This document shows positions 18,620-28,034 of a stretch of DNA of 64,000 nucleotides, piece by piece. Each line of letters begins with the position of its first letter. Within the stretch, counting starts at the first letter, position 1. Under the pieces are notes generated by a model. It saw only the letters and a list, made by a program, of their open reading frames with translations. It was not told the origin of the DNA and did no database searches. Made by a program: the position numbers and the translations under genes. This stretch comes from an uncultured Actinomycetes bacterium (lineage in GTDB: Bacteria > Actinomycetota > UBA4738 > HRBIN12), in NCBI GenBank assembly GCA_963704885.1, contig CAVPIB010000008.1:47654-111653 (forward strand), in the 5' to 3' direction.

Positions 18620-18638
18620 GCGTGCCGTGGCGGCAACA
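18620..18638. promoter_or_regulatory. Candidate IclR operator, copy 1
   Basis: GCGTGCCGTGGCGGCAACA, 18/19 identical to 19718-19736; TGCC-N5-GGCA dyad. Confidence 0.55.
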
Positions 18639-18675
18639 TCCGTCTGAAGCTCGTGTGCGGATGCCTGGTCGGCGC

Positions 18676-19638
18676 TCAGATCGCGTTCGACCATGCCTTG
18701 CGTCCCGTCTGGTCCTCGACCACGAGTCGTCGGTAGGGGAGCCCCGCCGGCGGAGTGAACCGCGCCCGCACGATCAGGCCACGGTCGTCGCGCTCCAAGA
18801 TCCTGGACTCAAGCTGCAACCCGCGGTGGTCGGCGCGCACCGACCAGCCGTGTTCGCGGTGGGACACCAGGTTGATCATCCGGGCGGGGCTGCACCGGAG
18901 CTCGAGGGTCTCGCCGTCGCGCTGCACATCCAGGATCTGCGGCCCATTCGACGCGTACGTGTGCCCTCGCCGGAGCGCCTCGAGGAAGGCCTCCTCTGAT
19001 CGCTCGCTCGCGCGAACCATGGTCCAGCCGTCGTTGATGTCGAACCCGGGGTAGTGACAGTCGTCGGTGCCGAATCCCCACAGCTGTCTCCCGCGCTCGA
19101 GCGCCAGGTCCCAGACGTAGCTCGAGTCGCCGCGGCCGTTCTCGCGCTCCGAGCTCGCGTTCCAAACCTCGAGTCCGACGGCGCCCTCGGTCTCGAGGAT
19201 CACCTCATGTGGCATACCGCTCCAATACGGGTGCGCGATGAATGGGACCCCGCCCTGTCCCCTTATGTTCGCGGCAGCTGCTGAGAGGTCCGGGAAGGTC
19301 TTGTAGTGATAGGCGTCGACCGGCCCCCAGTTCTTCCTGTCGCCGCCTGGATCCTCGGGTATGTCCGAGATCCCGATCGCGAGGATCTCGACGTCGTTGT
19401 TCATCCCCGTTCCAGGGTCGGCCGCTAGCTCGGCGCCGACGATGACGAGGATGTGCTCCGAGGAGGGCACGTGCGTGAGCGTCCAGTGATCCGTGATCGC
19501 TACGACATCGAAGCCCGCCCATTCGTGGTGGCGGACGTGCGCATCGGGCTCGAGCTCCCCGTCCGAGCGGCGCGAGTGTGTGTGCAGGGCGGCCTTCATC
19601 CATACCCCGTCCGCGTCGAACGGGAATCCCTCCGTCAT
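18676..19638 (-). CDS. PHP-domain (CehA/McbA-like) metallohydrolase
   Basis: LHTHSRRSDG, AITDH, AHPYWS, GLEVWN, TDDCH, YASNGP; ATG 19638 with GGAGG RBS. Confidence 0.88.
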   Translation of the reverse strand: MTEGFPFDADGVWMKAALHTHSRRSDGELEPDAHVRHHEWAGFDVVAITDHWTLTHVPSSEHILVIVGAELAADPGTGMNNDVEILAIGISDIPEDPGGDRKNWGPVDAYHYKTFPDLSAAAANIRGQGGVPFIAHPYWSGMPHEVILETEGAVGLEVWNASSERENGRGDSSYVWDLALERGRQLWGFGTDDCHYPGFDINDGWTMVRASERSEEAFLEALRRGHTYASNGPQILDVQRDGETLELRCSPARMINLVSHREHGWSVRADHRGLQLESRILERDDRGLIVRARFTPPAGLPYRRLVVEDQTGRKAWSNAI

Positions 19639-19717
19639 GCCGGTACCTCCCTTCCGGGTCGTTCGGTGGCCGGCGCGGCGGACGCTAGCGATGCGAGGTT
19701 CTGTGCCACAAGGTAAC

Positions 19718-19736
19718 GCGTGCCCTGGCGGCAACA
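19718..19736. promoter_or_regulatory. Candidate IclR operator, copy 2 (divergent promoter region)
   Basis: GCGTGCCCTGGCGGCAACA between the hydrolase and iclR. Confidence 0.55.
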
Positions 19737-19761
19737 CCACGGTCAAGGGTAGGCTCGTTCG

Positions 19762-20514
19762 GTGCGGGTGACGGACTCGGCCGAACGGGTGGTAGAGGTA
19801 CTCGACATGATCGGCGCCGCGCCGGAGGGGCTCAGGGTATCCGAGGTCGCACACGAGCTGGGCGTACACCGGTCGACAGCTTCGCGGCTCCTCGGGACGC
19901 TCGCAGCCAGCCGGATCGTCGAGCGGGATGAACCGTCGACCCGCTATCGGCTTGGAGCGCGGATCGTGGGGCTCGCAGCGAGTGCCGTTGCACGGCTCCC
20001 TGTCGTGAGCCAGGCCCGGCCTGAGCTCGAACAGCTCTCAGTCGCTTCGTCGGAGACGGCCAACCTCTCGATCCTCGACGGTGCCCACGTGGTCTATGTG
20101 GATCAGATCACGCCAGCCCAGACGGTGGTGATGGCGAGCTGGGTCGGCCGCCGGAGCCCTGCTCACGCGAGCTCCAGCGGCAAGGTGATGCTCGCATTCG
20201 GAGATCCCGAAGTCCTCGAGTTCGTGTTGCGTGCAAGGCTCGAGGCCGTCACGCCGAAGACCGTGACGGATCCTGGGGAGCTCCGGGCGATCCTCGAACA
20301 GACACGTCGGCGCGGCTACGCGGTGAGCACCGGGGAGCTGGAGGAGGGACTCGTCACCATCGCGGCGCCGGTGGTCGTACACGGGTTGGCGGTGGCGGCC
20401 GTCAGCCTATCCGGCCCGTCGTTCCGGATCCCGGCCCGTGATGTCTCAAGGCTGGCGAGGCTGCTGATAGATGCTGCGGTGGCGGTCGGCCATCGGATCG
20501 CGGGCAGAGCTTGA
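19762..20514 (+). CDS. IclR family transcriptional regulator
   Basis: HTH LGVHRSTASRLL, YRLG, HASSSGK, GYA...IAAPV, SLSGP.FR. Confidence 0.95.
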   Translation: MRVTDSAERVVEVLDMIGAAPEGLRVSEVAHELGVHRSTASRLLGTLAASRIVERDEPSTRYRLGARIVGLAASAVARLPVVSQARPELEQLSVASSETANLSILDGAHVVYVDQITPAQTVVMASWVGRRSPAHASSSGKVMLAFGDPEVLEFVLRARLEAVTPKTVTDPGELRAILEQTRRRGYAVSTGELEEGLVTIAAPVVVHGLAVAAVSLSGPSFRIPARDVSRLARLLIDAAVAVGHRIAGRA

Positions 20515-20559
20515 GGTCGACCTTCGGCCTAGGAGGAGTTACTCCCTTCGCGCACCGGA

Positions 20560-20817
20560 ATGGCCGACAGACCGCTGGGATTCCTCCCGCTGGTTCGCTA
20601 CCGTTCGCAGACCGACGAGGAGGACGCGCCTGTGGGATCTGGCACCAGCACTTACGACATCGCATCCGGTCTTCGAGACCGGCTCTCCGACTCCGAGCCG
20701 CTGCATCCGTTCGAGCTGGAATCTCAACTGAGGGCCTTGGTCCTGGAACGGCTCGAGGGCGAAGCCGAGCCTACGTCGATCCCGCCTCGTCGAGGTCTGT
20801 TCCGGCGAGCTCGCTAG
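20560..20817 (+). CDS. Hypothetical protein (85 aa)
   Basis: Protein-like composition; fills the gap; no family recognised. Confidence 0.55.
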   Translation: MADRPLGFLPLVRYRSQTDEEDAPVGSGTSTYDIASGLRDRLSDSEPLHPFELESQLRALVLERLEGEAEPTSIPPRRGLFRRAR

Positions 20818-20879
20818 GAGTGCCGTGCTGAGCCTCTGACCGGTCACCCGATCCGATCAGTAGGTATTAGGCTTCACCG

Positions 20880-22952
20880 GTGGCCATCGCCGAGCTGCCC
20901 GTCCGAACCGTACGCGGGGCCTGCCCCCACGATTGCCCGGACACCTGCGCATGGACCGTCACGGTGCAAGACGGGCGTGCCGTCGAATTGAAGGGCGACC
21001 CCGACCATCCGTTCACTCGCGGCGGGCTCTGCACCAAGGTCAATCACTTCCTGGAGGACAGGACCTACAACCCTGACCGGCTGCTGCAACCGCTCCGGCG
21101 AAGCGGACCGAAGGGCTCGGGATCGTTCGAGTCCGTGACCTGGGATCAGGCGCTGGAAGAGATCGCCTCGCGATTGAAGGCGATCGTCGCGGAGAGCGGC
21201 GGAGAGGCCGTGATGCCCTACAGCTACATGGGCACACAGGGTCTGCTCCAGGGGAGTGCGATGAGCGATCCCTTCTTCGCGCGGATGGGCGCCACCCATC
21301 TGGTGCGGTCGGTCTGCGGAAGCGCTGGCTTGGCCGGCTTGAACGTGACGATGGGCGGGGGGCCCTGGTTGCTGCCCGAAGAGCTCGCCCTCAGCCGCCA
21401 CATCATCTTGTGGGGCACGAACACCATCTCCACCAACCTCCACCTGTGGCCGTTCATCCGCGAGGCCAAAGCGCAGGGCGCTACGGTCGTCGTGATCGAT
21501 CCGTCGAAGACCCGCACGGCCGCCGCCGCGGACCGCCACATCCGCCCGATGCCGGGGACCGACGCGGCGTTGGCCATGGGAATGATGAATGTGATCGTGG
21601 ACGAGGGTCTGCACGACGAGGACTACCTGGATCGGTACACGGTCGGGTTCGACCGGCTGATCGAGCGGTTGCCCGAGTACACGCCCGAACGCGTCTCGCT
21701 CATCACGCGCGTCGACCCCGACGAGATCCGCGATCTCGCGCGCGCGTATGCGACCGCGCGCCCGTCCGCGATCCGGATGCTGGTGGGCATGGAACATCAC
21801 GCTAACGGCGCCGCCGCCTATCGCGCCATCAGCTGTCTGCCGGCGGTGATCGGCGCCTGGCGCGAGCGCGGCGGCGGTCTGTCCCACATGACGTTCCAGG
21901 TTTTCGAAGACATCGACTGGTCGTGCGGCATCGACGTTCCGCGCGATCCTCACGTCCGGGCGGTGAACATGATCCAGATCGGCCGCGCGCTCACCGACGC
22001 CGCCATGGACCCGCCGGTACGGGCGCTGGTCGTCTACAACTCCAATCCGGCGGCGATCGCGCCGAACCAGAACGCGGTGCTGGAGGGTCTTCGCCGCGAG
22101 GATCTGTTCACCGTGGTGCTGGAGCACGTCATGACGGACACGGCCCTTCACGCGGACTACGTGCTTCCGGCCACCACCGAGGTGGAGCATCTGGACGTGC
22201 TGTGGTCGTGGGGCCAGACGTACCTCACATACAACGATCGAGCGATCGACCCTGTGGGCGAGGCCCTGCCCAACACCGAGATCTTCCGAAGGCTGGCTGC
22301 CCGAATGGGGTTCGCCGATCCGGCGTTCAGCGTGAGCGACGAGCAGCTGGTGGAGAAAGCGCTGGCACCCCTGGGTCCCGAGCGCACGGACCAACTCCGC
22401 GAACTAGGTTGGCTCCGCCTGGATACGGAGGAGCACGTGCTCCCGCACGCAGAAGGCGGGTTCGGCACGCCGTCAGGCAAGTGCGAGCTCTACTCGGAGC
22501 GCCTCGCCGCAGCTGGCATGGACCCGCTCCCCGGGTTCGAGGCTGCCGTTGAGAGCCCTGCAGGAGATCCCGACCTGGCCGCGCGTTACCCCCTGGCGCT
22601 GCTCACCTCCAAGGGCGCGCACCACTTCCTGAACTCCAGCTACGGCAACGTGGAGCGGGCTCTCAAGGCCGAGAAGACCCCCTTTCTCGACCTGCATCCC
22701 GACGACGCGGCGCCGCGCGGCATCGCCGACGGCGACAGCGTCCGTGTGTTCAACGACCGCGGGTCCGTTGAGCTACCGGCCCGGGTCGGCGACAAGGTGC
22801 GGTCTGGCGTGGCGGCCATGCCATCCGGTTGGTGGGCCTCACGCTCCCCGTCGGGATCGTCGGCGAACGCGCTCACCCCGGACGGCCTCTCCGACCTAGG
22901 CGGCGGCGGGGACTTCCACAGCGCGCTCGTGCAGGTGGAGAAGGTGCGCTAG
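20880..22952 (+). CDS. Molybdopterin (bis-MGD) oxidoreductase, YoaE-like
   Basis: CPHDCPDTC..C Fe-S motif, DRLLQPL, WGTN, NSNP, ADYVLPATT, C-terminal molybdopterin-binding domain; no Tat signal. Confidence 0.93.
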   Translation: MAIAELPVRTVRGACPHDCPDTCAWTVTVQDGRAVELKGDPDHPFTRGGLCTKVNHFLEDRTYNPDRLLQPLRRSGPKGSGSFESVTWDQALEEIASRLKAIVAESGGEAVMPYSYMGTQGLLQGSAMSDPFFARMGATHLVRSVCGSAGLAGLNVTMGGGPWLLPEELALSRHIILWGTNTISTNLHLWPFIREAKAQGATVVVIDPSKTRTAAAADRHIRPMPGTDAALAMGMMNVIVDEGLHDEDYLDRYTVGFDRLIERLPEYTPERVSLITRVDPDEIRDLARAYATARPSAIRMLVGMEHHANGAAAYRAISCLPAVIGAWRERGGGLSHMTFQVFEDIDWSCGIDVPRDPHVRAVNMIQIGRALTDAAMDPPVRALVVYNSNPAAIAPNQNAVLEGLRREDLFTVVLEHVMTDTALHADYVLPATTEVEHLDVLWSWGQTYLTYNDRAIDPVGEALPNTEIFRRLAARMGFADPAFSVSDEQLVEKALAPLGPERTDQLRELGWLRLDTEEHVLPHAEGGFGTPSGKCELYSERLAAAGMDPLPGFEAAVESPAGDPDLAARYPLALLTSKGAHHFLNSSYGNVERALKAEKTPFLDLHPDDAAPRGIADGDSVRVFNDRGSVELPARVGDKVRSGVAAMPSGWWASRSPSGSSANALTPDGLSDLGGGGDFHSALVQVEKVR

Positions 22953-22971
22953 CTCTGGGTAGGCTCCCGGG

Positions 22972-23874
22972 ATGGAGCTACCCGGCCCTCTGGTCTCGCC
23001 CGGTTGGCTCGCCGAGCATCTCGGAGAGCCCGGTCTGGCTTTGGTCGATGTGCGGTGGGTCCGTGAGGGTTCGGCTCGCGACGCGTTCGAAGCCGGGCAC
23101 ATCGACGGCGCCGTGTTCCTGGATGCCGACGACGATCTGTCGGCGATAGGTCAGGGTCCCGGACGGCATCCGCTTCCCTCGCCGGACGTGTTCGCGCACA
23201 CGATGTCGCACGTCGGGATCGGCGACGACACAGCGGTGGTGGCCTACGACGACGCCTCGGGCTCGATCGCGGCGCGTCTGTGGTGGATGCTCGATGTGAT
23301 CGGGCATACGGCTGCACTCCTGGACGGTGGGCTGGTGGCGTGGACCGGGCGGCGCGCCGCTGGGCCGGCACCGGTCGAGGATGCCGGGATGACCTTCACC
23401 CCTCGTCCCTGGCCGCCCGAGCGAGTGATGGATGCGGATGACGTTCTCACCTCGCTCGCCGCGAACGCCTCAGTGGCCCTTGACGCGCGGATCGGGGAGC
23501 GGTACCGAGGTGAGGTCGAGCCGATCGACCCGGTCGCGGGTCACATCCCCGGCGCACGTTCCGCGCCGTGGACCGATAACGTGGACCCCGAAACAGGCCT
23601 CTTCCATCCGAGCGATCGCTTAAGGGAACTGTACGAAGCCAAGGGCATCCGCACCGGGGACGACGCGATCGTCTACTGCGGTTCCGGGCTCACTGCGGCG
23701 CACGACCTCCTCGCGATGAGAGTGGCCGGATTCCCGCGCAACGGTAAGCTCTACGGCGGCTCGTGGTCCGGGTGGATCGAGGATCCGACGAGACCGGTCG
23801 CGACCGGCGACGAGCCCGGGGCCGACGCTAGAGGTTCATCCGCTTGGTCGGCTGATGCACCAAGCGATCGGTGA
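22972..23874 (+). CDS. Two-domain rhodanese/3-mercaptopyruvate sulfurtransferase (SseA-like)
   Basis: GHIDGA, GRHPLP, AARLWW, GHIPGA, active loop CGSGLTA, YGGSWSGW. Confidence 0.93.
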   Translation: MELPGPLVSPGWLAEHLGEPGLALVDVRWVREGSARDAFEAGHIDGAVFLDADDDLSAIGQGPGRHPLPSPDVFAHTMSHVGIGDDTAVVAYDDASGSIAARLWWMLDVIGHTAALLDGGLVAWTGRRAAGPAPVEDAGMTFTPRPWPPERVMDADDVLTSLAANASVALDARIGERYRGEVEPIDPVAGHIPGARSAPWTDNVDPETGLFHPSDRLRELYEAKGIRTGDDAIVYCGSGLTAAHDLLAMRVAGFPRNGKLYGGSWSGWIEDPTRPVATGDEPGADARGSSAWSADAPSDR

Positions 23875-24259
23875 TGGGACCGAAGCGGTACGCCTCCTGC
23901 TCCCAATCGCGGCGGCGGCGGTACGCGGACGGGCTCACGCCGATGTGTTGGCGGAACGTGGTGGTGAAGTGGCTGAGCGAGTTGAATCCCACGCGGTGGC
24001 AGATCTGCGTGACCGTGAACTCCGATTCGCGCAGGAGCGACTTGGCACGTTCGATCCGAAGACCGATCAGGTAGCGGTACGGGGGGACGCCAACGTAGGC
24101 AGTGAACTGGCGGGTGAAGTAGTAAGGGCTGAGCGCCGCCTCTCGAGCGATGGTGCGAAGATCGACGTCTCGATCGAGGTTCTCTTCGAGGAAGGCCTGC
24201 ACTTCGCGGATCCTCCGCTGAAGGTGCGGGCTCGGCGCTAAGTCTTCGGACAGGGACAC
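23828..24259 (-). CDS. AraC-family regulator (DNA-binding domain only)
   Basis: IAREAALSPYYFTRQF, RIERAKSLL, VGFNSLSHFTTTF..GVSPSAYR; GTG 24259 after a GAGGGGG RBS (alternative ATG 24277). Confidence 0.9.
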   Translation of the reverse strand: MSLSEDLAPSPHLQRRIREVQAFLEENLDRDVDLRTIAREAALSPYYFTRQFTAYVGVPPYRYLIGLRIERAKSLLRESEFTVTQICHRVGFNSLSHFTTTFRQHIGVSPSAYRRRRDWEQEAYRFGPITDRLVHQPTKRMNL

Positions 24260-24377
24260 GTAACCCCCTCTCTCCATGCAAAGGGTACGTGCGGGAACGC
24301 AGGAATGGCTTTCGGAATCCTGCCGGGTTAGCCCTTTCGTTGAATGGGTGTTCAATCCCCGTAGCTGGGAGTTACGG

Positions 24378-25769
24378 CTACACCATGTTCTTTGGCTTGA
24401 CGGCCTCGTCGAACTCCGCCTCGCTGAGGAAACCGAGTTCGAGCGCGGCCTCCCTGAGGGTGCTCGCGTCGTGGTGGGCCTTCTTGGCGATCTGGGCGGC
24501 CTTGTCGTAACCGATCTTCGGTGTGAGCGCCGTCACCAGCATCAACGATCGGTGCACCAACTCGTCGATGCGTTGGCGATCGGGTGCCAGGCCCTCCACG
24601 CAGAACTCGCGGAACGTCCTGGATGCGTCGGCCATGAGCTTGGCCGAATGCAGCAGGTTGCGGATCATCACCGGCTTGAACACATTCAGCTCGAAGTTCC
24701 CCTGCGAGCCGGCGAGCTTGACAGCGGTGTCGTTGCCGAACACCTGGACCGCGACCATCGTCATGGCCTCGGACTGAGTGGGGTTGACCTTCCCGGGCAT
24801 GATCGACGAACCGGGCTCGTTCTCTGGCAGGACTAACTCACCCAAACCGCTGCGAGGGCCAGAGCCAAGCCACCGGATGTCGTTGGCGATCTTCATGAGC
24901 GACGCGGCGAGCGTGGCGAGTGCCCCGGATGCGAACACCACGGCGTCGTGTGCCGCGAGCGCGGCGAACTTGTTGGGCGCAGACACGAACGGCAGCCCGG
25001 TCAACTCCGCGATGTTCGCTGCGCACGCCTCGGCGAACCCTGGGGGCGCGTTCAGCCCGGTCCCCACCGCCGTGCCGCCGATCGCCAGCTCGTAGAGGCC
25101 TGGGAGGACCTGTTCGATGCGATCGAGGTCGGCGTCAAGCTGTGCTGCGTACCCGCCGAACTCCTGCCCGAGCGTCAGCGGCACGGCGTCCTGCAGGTGC
25201 GTGCGGCCGATCTTCACGATGTCCGCGAACTCGTCGGCGCGGGCCGCTAGGGCATCCCGCAAGGCTCGGACCGATGGCATCAGCCGGTGCACCAACGTCT
25301 CCGCTCCAGCGATGTGCATGGCGGTGGGGAAGGTGTCGTTCGACGACTGAGACATGTTGACGTGGTCGTTCGGGTGGACGGGTTGCTTCGACCCGAGCAC
25401 GCCTCCGGCCATCTCTATCGCGCGATTGGAGATGACCTCATTGGCGTTCATGTTGCTCTGCGTGCCGGAGCCCGTCTGCCACACGTACAACGGGAAGTGC
25501 TCGTCGAGGGAACCTTCGATCACCTCGTCGGCCGCGGCAACGATGAGGGCGCCGATCTCCGGATCCAGGTGCCCGCCCGCCATGTTGGCCTGTGCCGCGG
25601 CCTTCTTGAGGATGCCCATGGCGCGGACCACCTCGAGCGGCATGCGCTCGGAGTCCGCGTCGCCGATCGCGAAGTGGTGCAGCGAACGCTCGGTCTGCGC
25701 CCCCCAGTAGCGGGAGGTCTCGACCTGGATCTCACCGATGCTGTCGGACTCGGTGCGGGTGCTGGTCAC
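24378..25769 (-). CDS. fumC: Class II fumarate hydratase
   Basis: [53 protein letters not shown] signature. Confidence 0.97.
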   Translation of the reverse strand: MTSTRTESDSIGEIQVETSRYWGAQTERSLHHFAIGDADSERMPLEVVRAMGILKKAAAQANMAGGHLDPEIGALIVAAADEVIEGSLDEHFPLYVWQTGSGTQSNMNANEVISNRAIEMAGGVLGSKQPVHPNDHVNMSQSSNDTFPTAMHIAGAETLVHRLMPSVRALRDALAARADEFADIVKIGRTHLQDAVPLTLGQEFGGYAAQLDADLDRIEQVLPGLYELAIGGTAVGTGLNAPPGFAEACAANIAELTGLPFVSAPNKFAALAAHDAVVFASGALATLAASLMKIANDIRWLGSGPRSGLGELVLPENEPGSSIMPGKVNPTQSEAMTMVAVQVFGNDTAVKLAGSQGNFELNVFKPVMIRNLLHSAKLMADASRTFREFCVEGLAPDRQRIDELVHRSLMLVTALTPKIGYDKAAQIAKKAHHDASTLREAALELGFLSEAEFDEAVKPKNMV

Positions 25770-25773
25770 ATCC

Positions 25774-25905
25774 TCATTCTGACAGGCCGAGGTCGAGCCG
25801 AAGCAGAGCGCCGTCGTCGAATGCGGCCGTCCAGAAGGACCCGTCGACGCACGCCGGGACGAGCAACACGACCGCCAGGGTCGCTGCCAGCGATCGGGTC
25901 CTCAC
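25774..25905 (-). CDS. 43-aa mini-lipoprotein or internally deleted gene (not in ORF track)
   Basis: Translated by hand: [43 protein letters not shown]; ends 4 nt before the fumC start. Confidence 0.5.
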   Translation of the reverse strand: MRTRSLAATLAVVLLVPACVDGSFWTAAFDDGALLRLDLGLSE

Positions 25906-25970
25906 ACAGCGACATACGGGGCCGTCAAGGGTTCGGATGCGCGTCCGGCCCTGCGATAGGCTGCGGCGAC

Positions 25971-26381
25971 ATGGATAGCGGCAATATCCCGAAGCTGCGC
26001 GCGATCCCTATCTTCGCCGGCCTGGATGACGATGCGCTGGAACGGATCGCCGAGGTCGTCACTGAGTTCGAGGCGGCCGCCGGGCACGTGCTGGTTCAAC
26101 CGGGCCAGCAGGGTTCGGGGATGTTCATCCTGCAGGAGGGCTCGGTCGTCGTCGAACTGCACAACGGCACGACCATCACTCTCGAGCCGGGGGAGTTCTT
26201 CGGCGAGCTGGCGATCCTAGCTCCGGGCGTCTCGCGGACCGCTCGAGTCCGCGCGTCTTCGCCCGTTCGATGCCTGGCGATCTCGCGACCCGAGTTCGCC
26301 CGGGTGTTGGCGGAACAACCAGCGATCGCCGTCGCGATGCTGCCGGTGCTGGCTAGTCGCATCGCCGAGCTCGAGGCCTGA
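25971..26381 (+). CDS. Stand-alone cyclic-nucleotide-binding domain protein
   Basis: IPIFAGL, GEFFGELAIL..RTARVRA; TAGGCT upstream of ATG. Confidence 0.88.
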   Translation: MDSGNIPKLRAIPIFAGLDDDALERIAEVVTEFEAAAGHVLVQPGQQGSGMFILQEGSVVVELHNGTTITLEPGEFFGELAILAPGVSRTARVRASSPVRCLAISRPEFARVLAEQPAIAVAMLPVLASRIAELEA

Positions 26382-26387
26382 TCGAAG

Positions 26388-26846
26388 GTGAGTTCGAAGC
26401 TGCCGCGTCAGATCCGTCGCGCGCTGTGGATCTTGATGGCCGCCTTCGCCCTGATCCAAGTGATCCCGTACGGTCACGATCACTCGAACCCCCCGATCAC
26501 AGGGGAGCCGGCGTGGGACAGCGCCACGACACGCGCGCTGGTGGGGACGTCGTGCTTCGACTGTCACAGCAATCAGACGCAGTGGTACTGGTACACCAAC
26601 GTCGCGCCGTTCTCGTGGCTCGTGCAACGCGACGTCGAGGAGGGCCGCGCGGTCCTGAACTTCAGCGAGTGGGATCGGCCACAGAGGATCGACGAGGTGG
26701 CCGAGTCCATAAGCGAGGGGTCGATGCCGCCCTGGTACTACTACGCGGTCCACTGGGCGGCCAAGCTCTCGCCGAACGAGCAAGAGGAACTGATCGCTGG
26801 ACTTCGACTGACGTTCCAGGCGTCGCCGCCTGTCGGTGAAGGGTGA
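26388..26846 (+). CDS. Haem-binding domain (Haem_bd) c-type cytochrome
   Basis: N-terminal TM, SCFDCHSN.T.W.WY..VAP.SW, LNFSEW, GSMPP. Confidence 0.9.
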   Translation: MSSKLPRQIRRALWILMAAFALIQVIPYGHDHSNPPITGEPAWDSATTRALVGTSCFDCHSNQTQWYWYTNVAPFSWLVQRDVEEGRAVLNFSEWDRPQRIDEVAESISEGSMPPWYYYAVHWAAKLSPNEQEELIAGLRLTFQASPPVGEG

Positions 26847-26870
26847 TCGCGCGGCGGTAGGCTTCCCGCC

Positions 26871-28028
26871 GTGATGGAGACCTTCGACGTCGCGATCGTG
26901 GGCGCAGGTGTGCACGGCGCATCGGCGGCCTTCCATCTGGCGTCGCGCGGAGTGAGCTGCGTGATCTTCGAGCGCTCGACGCCGGCGGGAGGTCCCACCG
27001 GGCGATCGAGCGCCGTGTGTCGCGCCTACTACACGAACCAGTTCTTGGCGCGTGCGGCCCGCGACAGCATCGCCATGATGCGGGACTTCGTTCCGCTCAC
27101 GGGGGTCGAGTCCGGATTCAAGCCGACGGGTCTGCTGTATCTGCACCCGCCGGAGGACGCCGGGTCGGTCGAGGCGTCGGTGGCACGCCTGAACGAACTG
27201 GGGATCGCCACCGATCTGTTCGACCCCGCTGGTCTGGCGGATGCCTACCCGGCGTTCTCGCTCGACGGGGTTGGTGTGGGCGCCCTCGAACGTGGCGCCG
27301 GCTACTCGGATCCGCACGCGGTCACGGAGGGCCTGTTCCACAAGGCCACAGAGTTGGGGGCCGTGGCAAGGCTCGGCCGGACCGTCGTGGGGCTGGAAGC
27401 CTCAGAAGGGGGCGCGGTCGTCACCACGGACGACGGACTCCGCACGTCGTGCGGAAAGGTGCTGATCGCGGCCGGGCCCTGGACGGGTCCACTCGCCGCC
27501 CAGCTCGGAACCGCGCTCCCGCTCACGGTGGAGCGACATGTCGTCGCCACGTTCCGATGGGCCGGTGCCCAGCCCGTCGCGGCGCACGGCGACCTGATCG
27601 GCGGCTACTACTTCCGTCCGGAAGGCGAAGATCTCTTCCTGATGGGCCCGCTCCATCCCGCACCCGCCGCCGATCCGGACGATTTCGATCAGGAGATCCG
27701 CGAGGACGAGGTGCGGGCCCTGGCCGAGGCCGCGGTCCGCCGCGTGCCGCACCTGGCGGCTTCGGAATTCCACGGGGGGTGGGCGAGCCTGTACGACGTG
27801 AGCCCCGATTGGCAGCCGATGATCGGGCAGGTGGCGCCCAACGTGTTCGTGGACGCCGGGACCAGCGGGCATGGGTTCAAGCTGGCGCCGGCGCTCGGCA
27901 AGCACATCGCCGACATGGTCATGGGCTCGCCGGACACCGATCCGGCTCTGGCCGAGTTCGATCCGTTCCGGTTCGAACGAGGGAGTTCCCTCGCGGCCGG
28001 CTACCAGGACGCGCGCATCCTGGGCTGA
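26871..28028 (+). CDS. FAD-dependent amino-acid oxidoreductase (DAO/sarcosine oxidase family)
   Basis: GAGVHG Rossmann, TGRSSA, AAGPW, YDVSPDWQP.IG, SGHGFKLAPA. Confidence 0.92.
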   Translation: MMETFDVAIVGAGVHGASAAFHLASRGVSCVIFERSTPAGGPTGRSSAVCRAYYTNQFLARAARDSIAMMRDFVPLTGVESGFKPTGLLYLHPPEDAGSVEASVARLNELGIATDLFDPAGLADAYPAFSLDGVGVGALERGAGYSDPHAVTEGLFHKATELGAVARLGRTVVGLEASEGGAVVTTDDGLRTSCGKVLIAAGPWTGPLAAQLGTALPLTVERHVVATFRWAGAQPVAAHGDLIGGYYFRPEGEDLFLMGPLHPAPAADPDDFDQEIREDEVRALAEAAVRRVPHLAASEFHGGWASLYDVSPDWQPMIGQVAPNVFVDAGTSGHGFKLAPALGKHIADMVMGSPDTDPALAEFDPFRFERGSSLAAGYQDARILG

Positions 28029-28034
28029 GCCGCC

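Noticed and set aside
20880-22952. Selenocysteine recoding in the Mo enzyme
   Set aside because: The ORF is continuous with Cys (SVCGSAG) at the expected ligand position; no in-frame TGA.
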